NCBI GenBank assembly: GCA_963840855.1
Contig: CAWJBB010000040.1
Location: forward strand, 64,001-128,000
Origin: an uncultured delta proteobacterium
GTDB lineage: Bacteria; Desulfobacterota; Binatia; UBA9968
Length of the DNA: 64,000 nucleotides
Direction of reading: 5' to 3'
The translations under genes were made by a program, and so were the position numbers. Shown here piece after piece: positions 39,900-48,921 of this stretch. The stretch's first letter is position 1, and each line of letters starts with the position of its first letter. Under the pieces are notes generated by a model that was not told where the DNA came from, did not search any database, and was given only the letters and a program-made list of their open reading frames with translations.

Positions 39900-40253
39900 A
39901 TGAAGATCTATGCATTTGATGTCGATGATACACTGGAAGTTTCCGGTGGTCCGATTAGTATTTTCAGCGTTGGCAGTCTTAAACCCCAAGGGCATATCGT
40001 TGGGCTGAACGGCAACTGGGCGGTGGTAGTTAAAACCGTTCCGCTCTGGCATCGCATTTTCAGTTTCGTTGGGCCCATGGAAATGTCGAAGGATTGCTTT
40101 CTAAACCAGCTAAAAACGTACATCCCGGCAGACGACTACATCATGGTCGGAAACATCAAAGGAGTAAGCGGCGGATCCGATGACGAGGGAGCAGCCAATC
40201 TGGCCGGATGGCGGTTCATCAAAGAGAGCGACTTTGCAGCCGGAGCGCGATAG
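39900..40253 (+). CDS. Minimal HAD-superfamily-like protein
   Basis: AFDVDDTL motif I; MVGN...SDD..AA..AGWRFI motif IV-like. Confidence 0.65.
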   Translation: MKIYAFDVDDTLEVSGGPISIFSVGSLKPQGHIVGLNGNWAVVVKTVPLWHRIFSFVGPMEMSKDCFLNQLKTYIPADDYIMVGNIKGVSGGSDDEGAANLAGWRFIKESDFAAGAR

Positions 40254-40355
40254 AGCGGCGCCAAGGACGATAATCGCACCTAGGTTTGCCCCATGAAAAT
40301 AGTAGCACGAAGCCAAAATGATGCAGCTTTTGAGAGTGTTCTTTTAGGAGGGGCA

Positions 40356-40574
40356 ATGGCGATATTCGAATCATTGGCAAATGCACTGAAAGCCCTCGCA
40401 GTCAGTGATCGGGTTAAGGTTACTCTTCGGCCGGAAACCGGACGGTTTCCAAATCCTATGGAAGGGCAAATCACGCAAAAGGATGCTTCAGGAAGTTTTT
40501 TGTTAGAGTCCGAACAAGGCGTGATCCAGATTAGTGCTGGCGATATCCTCTCCATTACCCGACTACAACGGTAA
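40356..40574 (+). CDS. Small hypothetical protein
   Basis: SD AGGAGG before ATG; 72 aa, beta-rich. Confidence 0.55.
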   Translation: MAIFESLANALKALAVSDRVKVTLRPETGRFPNPMEGQITQKDASGSFLLESEQGVIQISAGDILSITRLQR

Positions 40575-40699
40575 GTGCCTCCCCCGATAAGCTGGGCCTC
40601 AATGCAAAAAGAGACAAACCGACTCACGAGCCCCGTCCTGCTCATGGCCTTGCTTCTAGGCTTTAGTCAGGCTGTTTCGGCGGCGACATTGTTTCCAAA

Positions 40700-40784
40700 C
40701 CCGTCGAGAAGGGTGCTGGCCCGCTCATAGCGCCGCATGACGATCTCGAGGAGGTCTTCGGCGGCGGTGGCGGGGAGCTTGAAG
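40700..40784 (-). pseudogene. Internal fragment of an IstB-like ATPase
   Basis: KLPATAAEDLLEIVMRRYERASTLL. Confidence 0.65.
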
Positions 40785-40829
40785 GGAAATTAAAGGGGAC
40801 AGGCTACTTTTCCCCGTTGCGATTGCACG
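40785..40829 (+). repeat. ~45-bp direct repeat of the RAYT left end (39419-39462)
   Basis: GGAAATTAA(A)GGGGACAGGCTACTTTTCCCCGTTGCGATTGCACG. Confidence 0.9.
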
Positions 40830-40838
40830 GGACCGAGA

Positions 40839-41390
40839 TCAGGGATTCTGGGCTTCTTTGCCGGCCTCATAGCCTTCTTCGTAACCCCGTTTTCTCCCTT
40901 CCTCGTGGCGCTCTTTGTCGCGCTGTTTTAGGGCCTCTTCGTAGCCCTGGGCGTACCCTTCGGAGTAGCCGCGACCGTAGGCGTCGGGCGGAGCCGGAGC
41001 AGAGGGCGGTGGTGGTGCAACCTCATAGGAGTATGAAGGCGGATAATAACCGGAAGCGAAAACGCTGCTTGGTGGATAATAATAAATAAGGGGCCCAGGA
41101 AAATAAAAGGATCGGGGAAGAAAGAACGGATTCAGAACTATTCCAGTAGCCAATCCACCAACGAATGCGGGCCCTACAAAACGTGCGGGAAAACCAGGTC
41201 TGACGAAAGCAACTCTACCAGGAAAACCGCGGCTGACAAAAACAGTTCTGTGGGCAAAACCCGGTCCAACGACAACGGCTCTGTTGGCAAAACCGGGTCT
41301 CACGCCAACGGCTCCGCCTCGCGACCAGGCAAAAGAAGAGCTAGGGATACCGATCAGTGCGATCAGGGCAATTACTCTGACGGCTTTCAT
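40839..41390 (-). CDS. Secreted low-complexity protein (RPGF repeats, Pro/Tyr-rich, GYxEG repeats)
   Basis: Signal peptide MKAVRVIALIALIGIPSSSFA. Confidence 0.7.
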   Translation of the reverse strand: MKAVRVIALIALIGIPSSSFAWSRGGAVGVRPGFANRAVVVGPGFAHRTVFVSRGFPGRVAFVRPGFPARFVGPAFVGGLATGIVLNPFFLPRSFYFPGPLIYYYPPSSVFASGYYPPSYSYEVAPPPPSAPAPPDAYGRGYSEGYAQGYEEALKQRDKERHEEGRKRGYEEGYEAGKEAQNP

Positions 41391-41757
41391 AAACCATCTC
41401 AGCAACGAAACTCAGGCCCGGCTCCGTCCGGGACCTCCTTTTCTCGAGTCAAATTCAACACATCTTTCAGGTGAAGGCAAGAGCGGGATCTCAGGCCGAA
41501 TTTGCACCCTCGAGAAATCGTAGAGAAACACCCTACTTCGGTTAACGATTGGCCCTGGTCAAGTTGGTGTCGGAATGAGCTAGCCGATTCCTGTCCAGAA
41601 AACTCCGACACAAAACTGAAAGCCAGTTCCAATCGTTCCAGACGTTCAACCGCTTCGCTCCGTTCGAAGCCTTGCGGCAATTCAAAGTTCAAGGCTGTCG
41701 GTTGAAGCCGTTCAATTCGCCGGATCTATTCCAGTGGCGATCGGGTTGCGCTCCGGG

Positions 41758-42177
41758 CTATACTCTTATCGCTTCGACTCGGAGACCGTGCGCTCTAGCG
41801 GCTGCACACTGACGGTCGTCGGCAGAAACGAATAGGTCTGCCGACCACTCCGAGGCGCAGGCGACATGTAAGGCATCGGCACTACCGAGCGGAAACTGCT
41901 CAAGCAGTGCCACCGCCTGAGCTATCACTTCCTCAGTAATCCCAATGACAGTAGCGTCGTCGATGTCCGAAAGTACCGATGCCTTGGCATTTCGGTACTC
42001 TTGAGTTGAAACTTTGCGTTCGCGCCGCCGGCGGCACAGAGCCGAAACGATTTCCGGAATGCAGATCACCGAGACGGCTAACGCTGAAGCCGAAGAGAGG
42101 ATGACTTGAACCTGATCGCTTCCTTTCTCTTCGATGTATCGTTTAGCGAGGGCTGAAGAATCGAAGAAAACATTCAA
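41758..42177 (-). CDS. vapC: VapC PIN toxin
   Basis: FFDSSALAKRY, DALHVACA, FVSAD; TTG start overlapping the antitoxin stop. Confidence 0.9.
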   Translation of the reverse strand: MNVFFDSSALAKRYIEEKGSDQVQVILSSASALAVSVICIPEIVSALCRRRRERKVSTQEYRNAKASVLSDIDDATVIGITEEVIAQAVALLEQFPLGSADALHVACASEWSADLFVSADDRQCAAARAHGLRVEAIRV

Positions 42178-42404
42178 CGTGACTTCCGCCTTTCCTGCAA
42201 AATCGCCCTGCTGAGCGATGCACCGGGGCAGACCAACCTCAAACCGGGCCGCTTCCATGACGGAATTTTCTCCTCGGTTTCAGCAGGAACGATTTTCGCC
42301 ACTGTCTTGCCGTGGCGAATGACACGAACTGTTTCACCGTTTTCAACGAGAGTCAAAATTTCTGACGCCCTCTTTCTGAATTCAGTAAATGATAAACTTT
42401 TCAT
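42174..42404 (-). CDS. Phd/YefM family antitoxin
   Basis: FTEFRKRASEIL..VENGETVRVIRHGK. Confidence 0.9.
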   Translation of the reverse strand: MKSLSFTEFRKRASEILTLVENGETVRVIRHGKTVAKIVPAETEEKIPSWKRPGLRLVCPGASLSRAILQERRKSR

Positions 42405-42527
42405 ATACGGTCCGCCTCCATCAGCAGGTGATTGTACATTACTGCACATTGATGTGCAATCACTAATCTGCACCGGGTCGGACCTGCGCAAGGCACCCTA
42501 CGAGGGAGAGAGAAGGGTGAGGGTGAT

Positions 42528-43640
42528 TCAATTGACGGGCATCCAGCTTTCTGTTTGAGCCGACTTCTCGACGGCATCCAGCACTTTCTGGGCCTCCAGT
42601 CCATCGCTAAAGCTAGGCCTCGGTTGCTCTCCCGTTCTAATACTCTGTGCGAGAAGGCGAGTGAGATTGGCGAAAATAGCTTCTCGCGGAGCCCGTCTCT
42701 GGTCCGCAGGGACCAAATCCTCCCTCAACCGTTCGGGAATAGGCAGAAGCTGTGTATCGCCGTCGCCCTGAGCACCCCAAAGCTCGCCGATCATCCAGTC
42801 AGGCTTGGTTCGATCGACTGCAGCTCGCAGCACACCGTGGTTACCTAAGATGCGAATCTCTTGATAGGCGTTGCCACGCGCCGCCGCGTTCGCTGCAAAT
42901 GAGACCAATCCTCCTCCAGCTAGTTCCCCAATGAAAACACAACAATCTTCGACCGTGACTTCTCGCTTCCCGGAACCATCGGCCAGAGGTCTCTCCTTGG
43001 TAAAAATGGCCTGCTGGCTACAGACCCGCTTGAAATCGCCCGCAAGCCAGCGCACTAGATCGACCAAGTGAACTCCACTGTCGCCCATGGCGCCAAAACC
43101 CACGGCTTCTTTCTGATCGCGCCACCCAAACGGCAGGTTGGGATCCGCCCGCCGTTCCGAGAACCAACTCGCTTCCACATGAAGGACACGGTTGCCAACG
43201 TATCCTTCCTGCATGAGTTCTTTCATCCGGTAAAAGGCCGGGATAAAGCGAAAATTGAAAGAAGTCATGTGAATCACGTGGGCTTCTTCGGCTCGCTTTA
43301 ACATCTCCGCCGCCTCTTCCTGATTCATTGCCAGAGGCTTTTCGCAGAGAACCGCGACGCTGTGCTTGAACGCTTCGGATGCCATGGCGAGATGAACATT
43401 TGTCGGCGTTGTCAGGCTCACCGCGTCGAGTCCGCCTTGTGCCAACATCTCCTGGTAATCCGTGAACACGTGCGGGATGCCGAATTCCCGGGCGATTTGA
43501 TCAGCCACCGCCTTTGTGCGCTGGCAGAATGCCGTAATCTCCACGCCGGGAGTTGCTCTGTACGCCAATATGTGAGTTCGGCCGAATCCGCCGCCAACGA
43601 CACCGACCTTTACTATTTTTTCCGAGGTTGCATGCTTCAT
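42528..43640 (-). CDS. Gfo/Idh/MocA family oxidoreductase
   Basis: VGVVGGG, CEKPLA, DSGVHLVD. Confidence 0.9.
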   Translation of the reverse strand: MKHATSEKIVKVGVVGGGFGRTHILAYRATPGVEITAFCQRTKAVADQIAREFGIPHVFTDYQEMLAQGGLDAVSLTTPTNVHLAMASEAFKHSVAVLCEKPLAMNQEEAAEMLKRAEEAHVIHMTSFNFRFIPAFYRMKELMQEGYVGNRVLHVEASWFSERRADPNLPFGWRDQKEAVGFGAMGDSGVHLVDLVRWLAGDFKRVCSQQAIFTKERPLADGSGKREVTVEDCCVFIGELAGGGLVSFAANAAARGNAYQEIRILGNHGVLRAAVDRTKPDWMIGELWGAQGDGDTQLLPIPERLREDLVPADQRRAPREAIFANLTRLLAQSIRTGEQPRPSFSDGLEAQKVLDAVEKSAQTESWMPVN

Positions 43641-43679
43641 TCGTGGCACCGGACCGGGATCGATCCCGTTGAGTGAATT

Positions 43680-43837
43680 TGCAGAACGCGCGTCGGAATC
43701 CCTTCGCAAGCTAACCCAATCAACTCTACAAATGCTCGGTCATCACCGTCTTTATGGAATACCTCGGTCTGCGCATTGCTCGGATTGATGACGTGATAGC
43801 ATAGGCCTTCTACCGAGGCTCGGGCTCTACGCGGCAT
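43680..43837 (-). pseudogene. 5' remnant of a RAYT
   Basis: MPRRARASVEGLCYHVINPSNAQTEVFHKDGD. Confidence 0.8.
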
Positions 43838-44258
43838 ACAGCCATTTACCTCGGAAAGGCTCATCTGGCAAGAAAAAAGAATGATCTCATAAACGGCATG
43901 GTCTCCGATGCGTCCGTTGTGGTAATGAGGCGGCTAAATAATCGAGGAGGAGACGATCCATGGAACATCTTCAAAGCAAAAATTTCCAGCCCGATGTAAA
44001 AGCCGCCCCGAAGTTGACATAACGCGACCTTATCAGATACCGTCTGCCCAAAAGATGAGGGTACGGGGGCCAACCTGTTTTCTGAGTTAGTCGCCTGAGG
44101 CTGTGCAACGCGGGCTCGCGCCGGGTCGTCACGATAATTTTGAGCGCTCACTGGCTCCCCCCTAAGCAAATTCCTATCATTTGGTGAGTCGTGAATCACG
44201 AAGTAAGACCGGAGTGGGTGGTCGAATCACAAATCACGAATGTGACACGGGAGGAAAA

Positions 44259-44915
44259 ATGAAGTACTACGGCTTTTGGCGCTCGCTCGCCGCCTGCCGC
44301 GTGCGCATCGCCCTCGCGCTGAAGGGCGTAAAGGCGGAGGAGATCTCCGTCAACCTGTTGCAGGGAGAGCAGTTGAAGCCCGAGTACCGCGCCGTGAACG
44401 CACAAGCCGTCGTGCCGGCGCTGGTCCTCGACGACGGCTCGACCCTGTTCGAGTCCATGGCGATCATCGAGTACCTGGACGAGACGCATCCGGAGCCGCC
44501 ACTCCTGCCCAGGGACCCGAAAGGCCGGGCCCGCGTGCGCGCGCTGGCGCAGATCGTCGCCTGCGACGGCCACCCGCTCATCGTGCCGCGCATCCGCACC
44601 TACCTGGAAAAAGAGCTCAGCGTGGACGAGGCCGCGCGCACCCGCTGGTGCCAGTACTGGGTGATGGAAGCGTTGAAGTTCGTCGAGGCGCACCTCGCGA
44701 AAGAAAAGGAAACCGGCCGCTACTGCCACGGCGATGCAGTAACGCTGGCCGACATCTGCATTGCAACGCAGGTGTTCGGGGCCCGCTTCTTCAACTGCGA
44801 CACCGCGCCGGTGCCGACCGTGATGCGGGTGTTCAACGAGTGCATGAAACTCGAAGCCTTCGACAAATCGCATCCTCTGAAGCAGCCGGGCGCCCCCAAG
44901 GAAATAAAGCACTAA
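44259..44915 (+). CDS. maiA: Maleylacetoacetate isomerase (GST zeta)
   Basis: FWRSLAACRVRIAL, ESMAIIEYLDETHPEP, HP..QP; SD GGAGG. Confidence 0.85.
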   Translation: MKYYGFWRSLAACRVRIALALKGVKAEEISVNLLQGEQLKPEYRAVNAQAVVPALVLDDGSTLFESMAIIEYLDETHPEPPLLPRDPKGRARVRALAQIVACDGHPLIVPRIRTYLEKELSVDEAARTRWCQYWVMEALKFVEAHLAKEKETGRYCHGDAVTLADICIATQVFGARFFNCDTAPVPTVMRVFNECMKLEAFDKSHPLKQPGAPKEIKH

Positions 44916-45260
44916 GACGCGACGAATGAACCCGGATTCCACAGGGGTGGCGTGAGCGAGGGGCGAACCTGGAATAGCGAAGACATCCGACGCTGCAGTT
45001 TCACAGTCTTTTTTGGCCTTTGGCACGCCGTTGTTACGGAGTCTGGATACGCAAGCAAAGCACCGATGTGCGCTGTCCGCTTAGAGGCAGAAACCCATTG
45101 GCTTCGCTATGGAAGGTTTGTTCCTCGCTCTTTGGCGCAATTGCAACTGCAGAATCCGGGATGAAGGTGACGATTAAGGGTGACGAAGGACAAGAGGGTC
45201 TCGCGTCACCCGTATTTCGTCACGCTGTATAGCCTGCAGCAACCAACGCGTCCTTGCCGC

Positions 45261-46181
45261 ATGAAGCCGATCGCACTCAAGTTCGGGGGTTATCAAGAGC
45301 CCGCCTCGATCCACAACCGCGCCGCGGGCCGTTTCGGCGAGCTGCTGAAGCACAAGCTCGGCGATCGTATTTCCTTCGAGCTGATCGGCAGCGTGCTCAA
45401 GATCGGCCGGCCCTCGGGCGACCTGGCGGTCATGGTGGAAGGCGGCGAGATCGATTTCTGCTACTTGTCTACCGTGCGCTTCGCGAAGTGGGTGCCCGAG
45501 CTCAAGCTGCTGGAGCTTCCCTTCGTGGTGAAGGACCGCAAAACAATCTGCGCGGCGTTCACGGACGGCTTTGGCGACTTGGTCAGGCGCCGGATGCGCG
45601 AGAACACTCCGTACCGCCTGCTCGGCCTCTGGGACAACGGATTTCGGCACTTCACCAACAAGGTGCGGCCGATCCGCACGCCCGTGGACTGCAAGGGTCT
45701 GCGCATCCGCTGCCAGGTGAGCGAACTGCACGCGGAAGTGTTCCGGGCGTTCGGATTCGAGCCGATCCCGGTGGACGTCAAGCAGTTCACCGAGGAAATC
45801 GCGAGTGGCAGGTTCGACGCCCAGGAGAACCCGCTCACCAATACTTTCAACTTCGGCGTGCACAACTACCACCGCTACTTCACGCTCTCGGGCCACCTCT
45901 TCGGCGCAGCAGCGTTCATCTGCAAGGAAGAGCGCTACCAGAGCTGGCCGCAGGACATGCGGGCCGCTGTGGACAGCCTGGCGTGGGAAGCGACCGCGTA
46001 CCAGCATCAGCTGGCCGCGGCGGAGGACGCGGAGATCCTGGCGAAGCTCGATCCGTCAATGAACGAGGTGATCCGCCTGACCGACGCGGAGCGCGCCGCT
46101 TTCGTCAAAGCCTCACAGCCCGTTCTGGACAAGCATCGCAAAGAGCTGGATCCCAAGCTCTTTGCTTACCTGGGAGCGTGA
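45261..46181 (+). CDS. TRAP transporter DctP-like solute-binding protein, no evident signal peptide
   Basis: NGFRHF, DCKGLRIR, DAQENP. Confidence 0.85.
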   Translation: MKPIALKFGGYQEPASIHNRAAGRFGELLKHKLGDRISFELIGSVLKIGRPSGDLAVMVEGGEIDFCYLSTVRFAKWVPELKLLELPFVVKDRKTICAAFTDGFGDLVRRRMRENTPYRLLGLWDNGFRHFTNKVRPIRTPVDCKGLRIRCQVSELHAEVFRAFGFEPIPVDVKQFTEEIASGRFDAQENPLTNTFNFGVHNYHRYFTLSGHLFGAAAFICKEERYQSWPQDMRAAVDSLAWEATAYQHQLAAAEDAEILAKLDPSMNEVIRLTDAERAAFVKASQPVLDKHRKELDPKLFAYLGA

Positions 46182-46391
46182 TGAATGATGGGTGATAAGT
46201 GACAAGGGTCTGCGGCAGCGCTTCGCGCGCTACCACGACTATCAGTCGCCACTCGCAACCCGCACGATGGCGCAGTCGCTGAGAGATTTGGAGTGCAAAT
46301 TCAAGAATCAAGAGTCCTGACCCTTAAGCTCTAAGCTCGGGTTGTCTCTGGTGACCGAACGACGACGGCATCCGAGATCGGAGGAAAGACC

Positions 46392-47348
46392 ATGGCACGC
46401 CTTACGAAGGCCGACGTGTTGAAGAAGGCCGAGGATCTCAAGAACTGGGGCAAGTGGGGCCCCGACGACGAGCTGGGCGTCTTAAACTACGTCATGCCCG
46501 AGGACATCATCAACGCCGCCAAACTGGTGCGGAAGGGCAAGGTCTTCCGGCTCGGTCTCAATCTCGACGAGAACGGGCCGCAGCGCGGCCTTTTCGGCGG
46601 ACGCTGGAACCCGTTGCACCAGATGCTGGCGACGGGCACCGATGCCATGGCCGGCAAGCACGACGTGACGCCGGGGCTGCGCTACGCGGATGACGCCATC
46701 AATCTGCCGACGCAGGCCGCTACGCAGTGGGATGCGCTGTCGCACGTGTTCCTCGGCGACAAGATGTGGAACGGCTATCCGGCCTCGCTCGTCGACAGCC
46801 GCGGAGCGCACAAGAACGGCATCGAGAAGTTTGCGAACAAGATGGTGGGCCGGGGCGTGCTGCTCGACGTGGCGCGCCACAAGGGCGTCGATTGTCTCGA
46901 CGACGGGTATCCCATCACGGTCGCCGACCTTGACGGGACCGCGCGCGCGCAGGGCGTCGAGGTACGACGCGCCGACTTCGTGATCGTCCGCACGGGACAG
47001 ATGGAGGATCGCTTGCGGAAGGGCGAGTGGGGTGGCTATGCCGGCGGTCCCGCGCCGGGCCTGGCCTTCGATACGCTGGACTGGATCCATGGCCGGCAGA
47101 TCGCGGGCATCTGCAGCGACACCTGGGGGATCGAGGTCCGCCCGAACGACACCGAGTCGGACGTGTTCCAGCCCTGGCACTGGGTCACGATCCCCGCGAT
47201 CGGCATCGTCCACGGCGAGATCTTCTACCTCGAGGAGCTCGCCGCAGATTGCGCGGCCGACCGCGTCTACGAGTTCTTCTTCTGCGCGCCGCCGCTGGTC
47301 ATCACCCGGGGCACCGGCTCGCCGATCAACCCCCAGGCGATCAAGTAA
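46392..47348 (+). CDS. Cyclase family (kynurenine formamidase-like) protein
   Basis: NWGKWGPDDELG, TQWDALSH, GRGVLLD, TGSPINP. Confidence 0.9.
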   Translation: MARLTKADVLKKAEDLKNWGKWGPDDELGVLNYVMPEDIINAAKLVRKGKVFRLGLNLDENGPQRGLFGGRWNPLHQMLATGTDAMAGKHDVTPGLRYADDAINLPTQAATQWDALSHVFLGDKMWNGYPASLVDSRGAHKNGIEKFANKMVGRGVLLDVARHKGVDCLDDGYPITVADLDGTARAQGVEVRRADFVIVRTGQMEDRLRKGEWGGYAGGPAPGLAFDTLDWIHGRQIAGICSDTWGIEVRPNDTESDVFQPWHWVTIPAIGIVHGEIFYLEELAADCAADRVYEFFFCAPPLVITRGTGSPINPQAIK

Positions 47349-47435
47349 GCTCGGCGGGAGCGTTGGCTCGCGGCGTGCGGCGCGTCAGTGTATTAGCGCA
47401 GGGTCAAATCTTTTCCGCTGCATCAATGGCAGTGG

Positions 47436-47837
47436 CTAAGCCAATCGTACGTTCTCTACCACGATTCCGAGTGAAGGCGCCCGAGCAAGAGGTCCATCTG
47501 CGGTGAGAAGTGACGCGCTGGAAAGACGGGCGGCGGCGACATAAAACGCGTCGTACGCGCTCACATTGTTGCGATGTTGCCAAGCCGCCCGGACGAGGGA
47601 GATGTGCGGAATTCGGTCGATTGACCAATCTATGAGATCTTCGATTGCGACCAACGCGCGCTGCTCCGTGAGCTCGCCGCGCAAGACCGCGCGTCGCAAG
47701 ACCGACAGCACTTCTACGTCCAATAACTCCGGGGCCAATAGAAACGCGCCCTCGATTACATCAGCAAGTTTGAGCCCCAATGGGGTTCGAAGAAGATATT
47801 CCGTCGCGGCGGACGCGTCGATAACGTAGCGGCTCAA
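47436..47837 (-). CDS. vapC: VapC PIN toxin
   Basis: VIDASA, SAYDAFYVAAA, LLTAD. Confidence 0.9.
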   Translation of the reverse strand: MSRYVIDASAATEYLLRTPLGLKLADVIEGAFLLAPELLDVEVLSVLRRAVLRGELTEQRALVAIEDLIDWSIDRIPHISLVRAAWQHRNNVSAYDAFYVAAARLSSASLLTADGPLARAPSLGIVVENVRLA

Positions 47838-48067
47838 GGAAGGTCACGGTCGCGCTGGCGCCGTTCTTGTTCGAGCAACTGCGCAGCCGAGCTGCCAAGA
47901 TGCGTCATGGGGCGGCCCGAGAAACGTTTGTGCCATTCTCGTCGCGCCACTTCTCGCTCAATGGCTTCCAAAATTATTTCGCCGAGGGTGCAGTCTTGCT
48001 CGCGCGCGTAACGGCGAAGCCGGTTGTGGAGTTTTTCTGGAACGTTCTTGACTTGGATGTTGGCCAT
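47834..48067 (-). CDS. FitA-like RHH antitoxin
   Basis: MANIQVKNVPEKLHNRLR. Confidence 0.85.
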   Translation of the reverse strand: MANIQVKNVPEKLHNRLRRYAREQDCTLGEIILEAIEREVARREWHKRFSGRPMTHLGSSAAQLLEQERRQRDRDLP

Positions 48068-48220
48068 GCAAAAACAGTAGCATGCCATCGGCATGCCGGC
48101 AAGATATGGGTACTGGCCGGAATTTTTTGTAATACTATCCAAAAACTAACACCAACATGTTTGTCATAACATGCCGCTGAAATATTGCGGAAGTTTAAGG
48201 TTCTCGGATTCGGAAATTCC

Positions 48221-48328
48221 TCCCGCCAAGGCGCAAAGGCGCCAAGTTCGGAGGGGAAGGAAAAATATTCTCGCAAATGGTTTCCACCATTTTTCTCCCA
48301 CCTTTGCGGCCTTTGCGTCTTTGCGGGA
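48221..48328. repeat. Inverted arms of ~8-bp periodic repeats (CGCMAAG / CTTTGCG)
   Basis: TCCCGCCAAGGCGCAAAGGCGCCAAG ... CTTTGCGGCCTTTGCGTCTTTGCGGGA. Confidence 0.8.
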
Positions 48329-48557
48329 GACATTCCGAGTTTCCGTCGCGGCTGTTCGCCGACAAGGCGAACCTTTTTTTCCCAGCGTAGTCTGGGAAAA
48401 GCGTGTAATACTATCTTCGAAAGTTTTCGCGGCTCGCGCAAATTTTCCGATGGCTGCGCTTTACCATTGCGCAATCAACCCATGATGCTTAGGATCATTC
48501 TCGCGCCAAGTCGCCGAGACGCCAAGTGACGGGGCCAAAGCCCGTCATCCCGAGCGA

Positions 48558-48689
48558 CAGACTGTGTGAAAACTCCGTTCATGGTTCGACTGGGCTCACC
48601 ACGAACGGATACGGACATTACGAATCAAGCAGTTAGCCGTTCGCCCTGAGCTACGTCGAAGGGCTCCTAATGAGTTTTCACACAGTCTG
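48558..48689. mobile_element. 132-bp MITE with perfect 18-bp TIRs and 4-bp TSD (GCGA)
   Basis: GCGA-CAGACTGTGTGAAAACTC ... GAGTTTTCACACAGTCTG-GCGA. Confidence 0.9.
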
Positions 48690-48921
48690 GCGAATGCGAG
48701 GGATCTAAGAAAGATTTCTCCCGGAGTTTACCCTGAGCTTGGCCGAAGGGGTCGAAATGACAATACACTTTCTTTGCGGCCCCTTCGACGTCGCTCAGGA
48801 CATGCTTTGCGTCTTTGCGCGAAATATTCCGCTTTTGGTTGCGCCTCGGCCGCGCCAGGTTCTCTGCGGTAGAATTCTTCTCTTCGCTTTTTTGGTAGCG
48901 GTCGCGCTGGGTTCCTCCATG

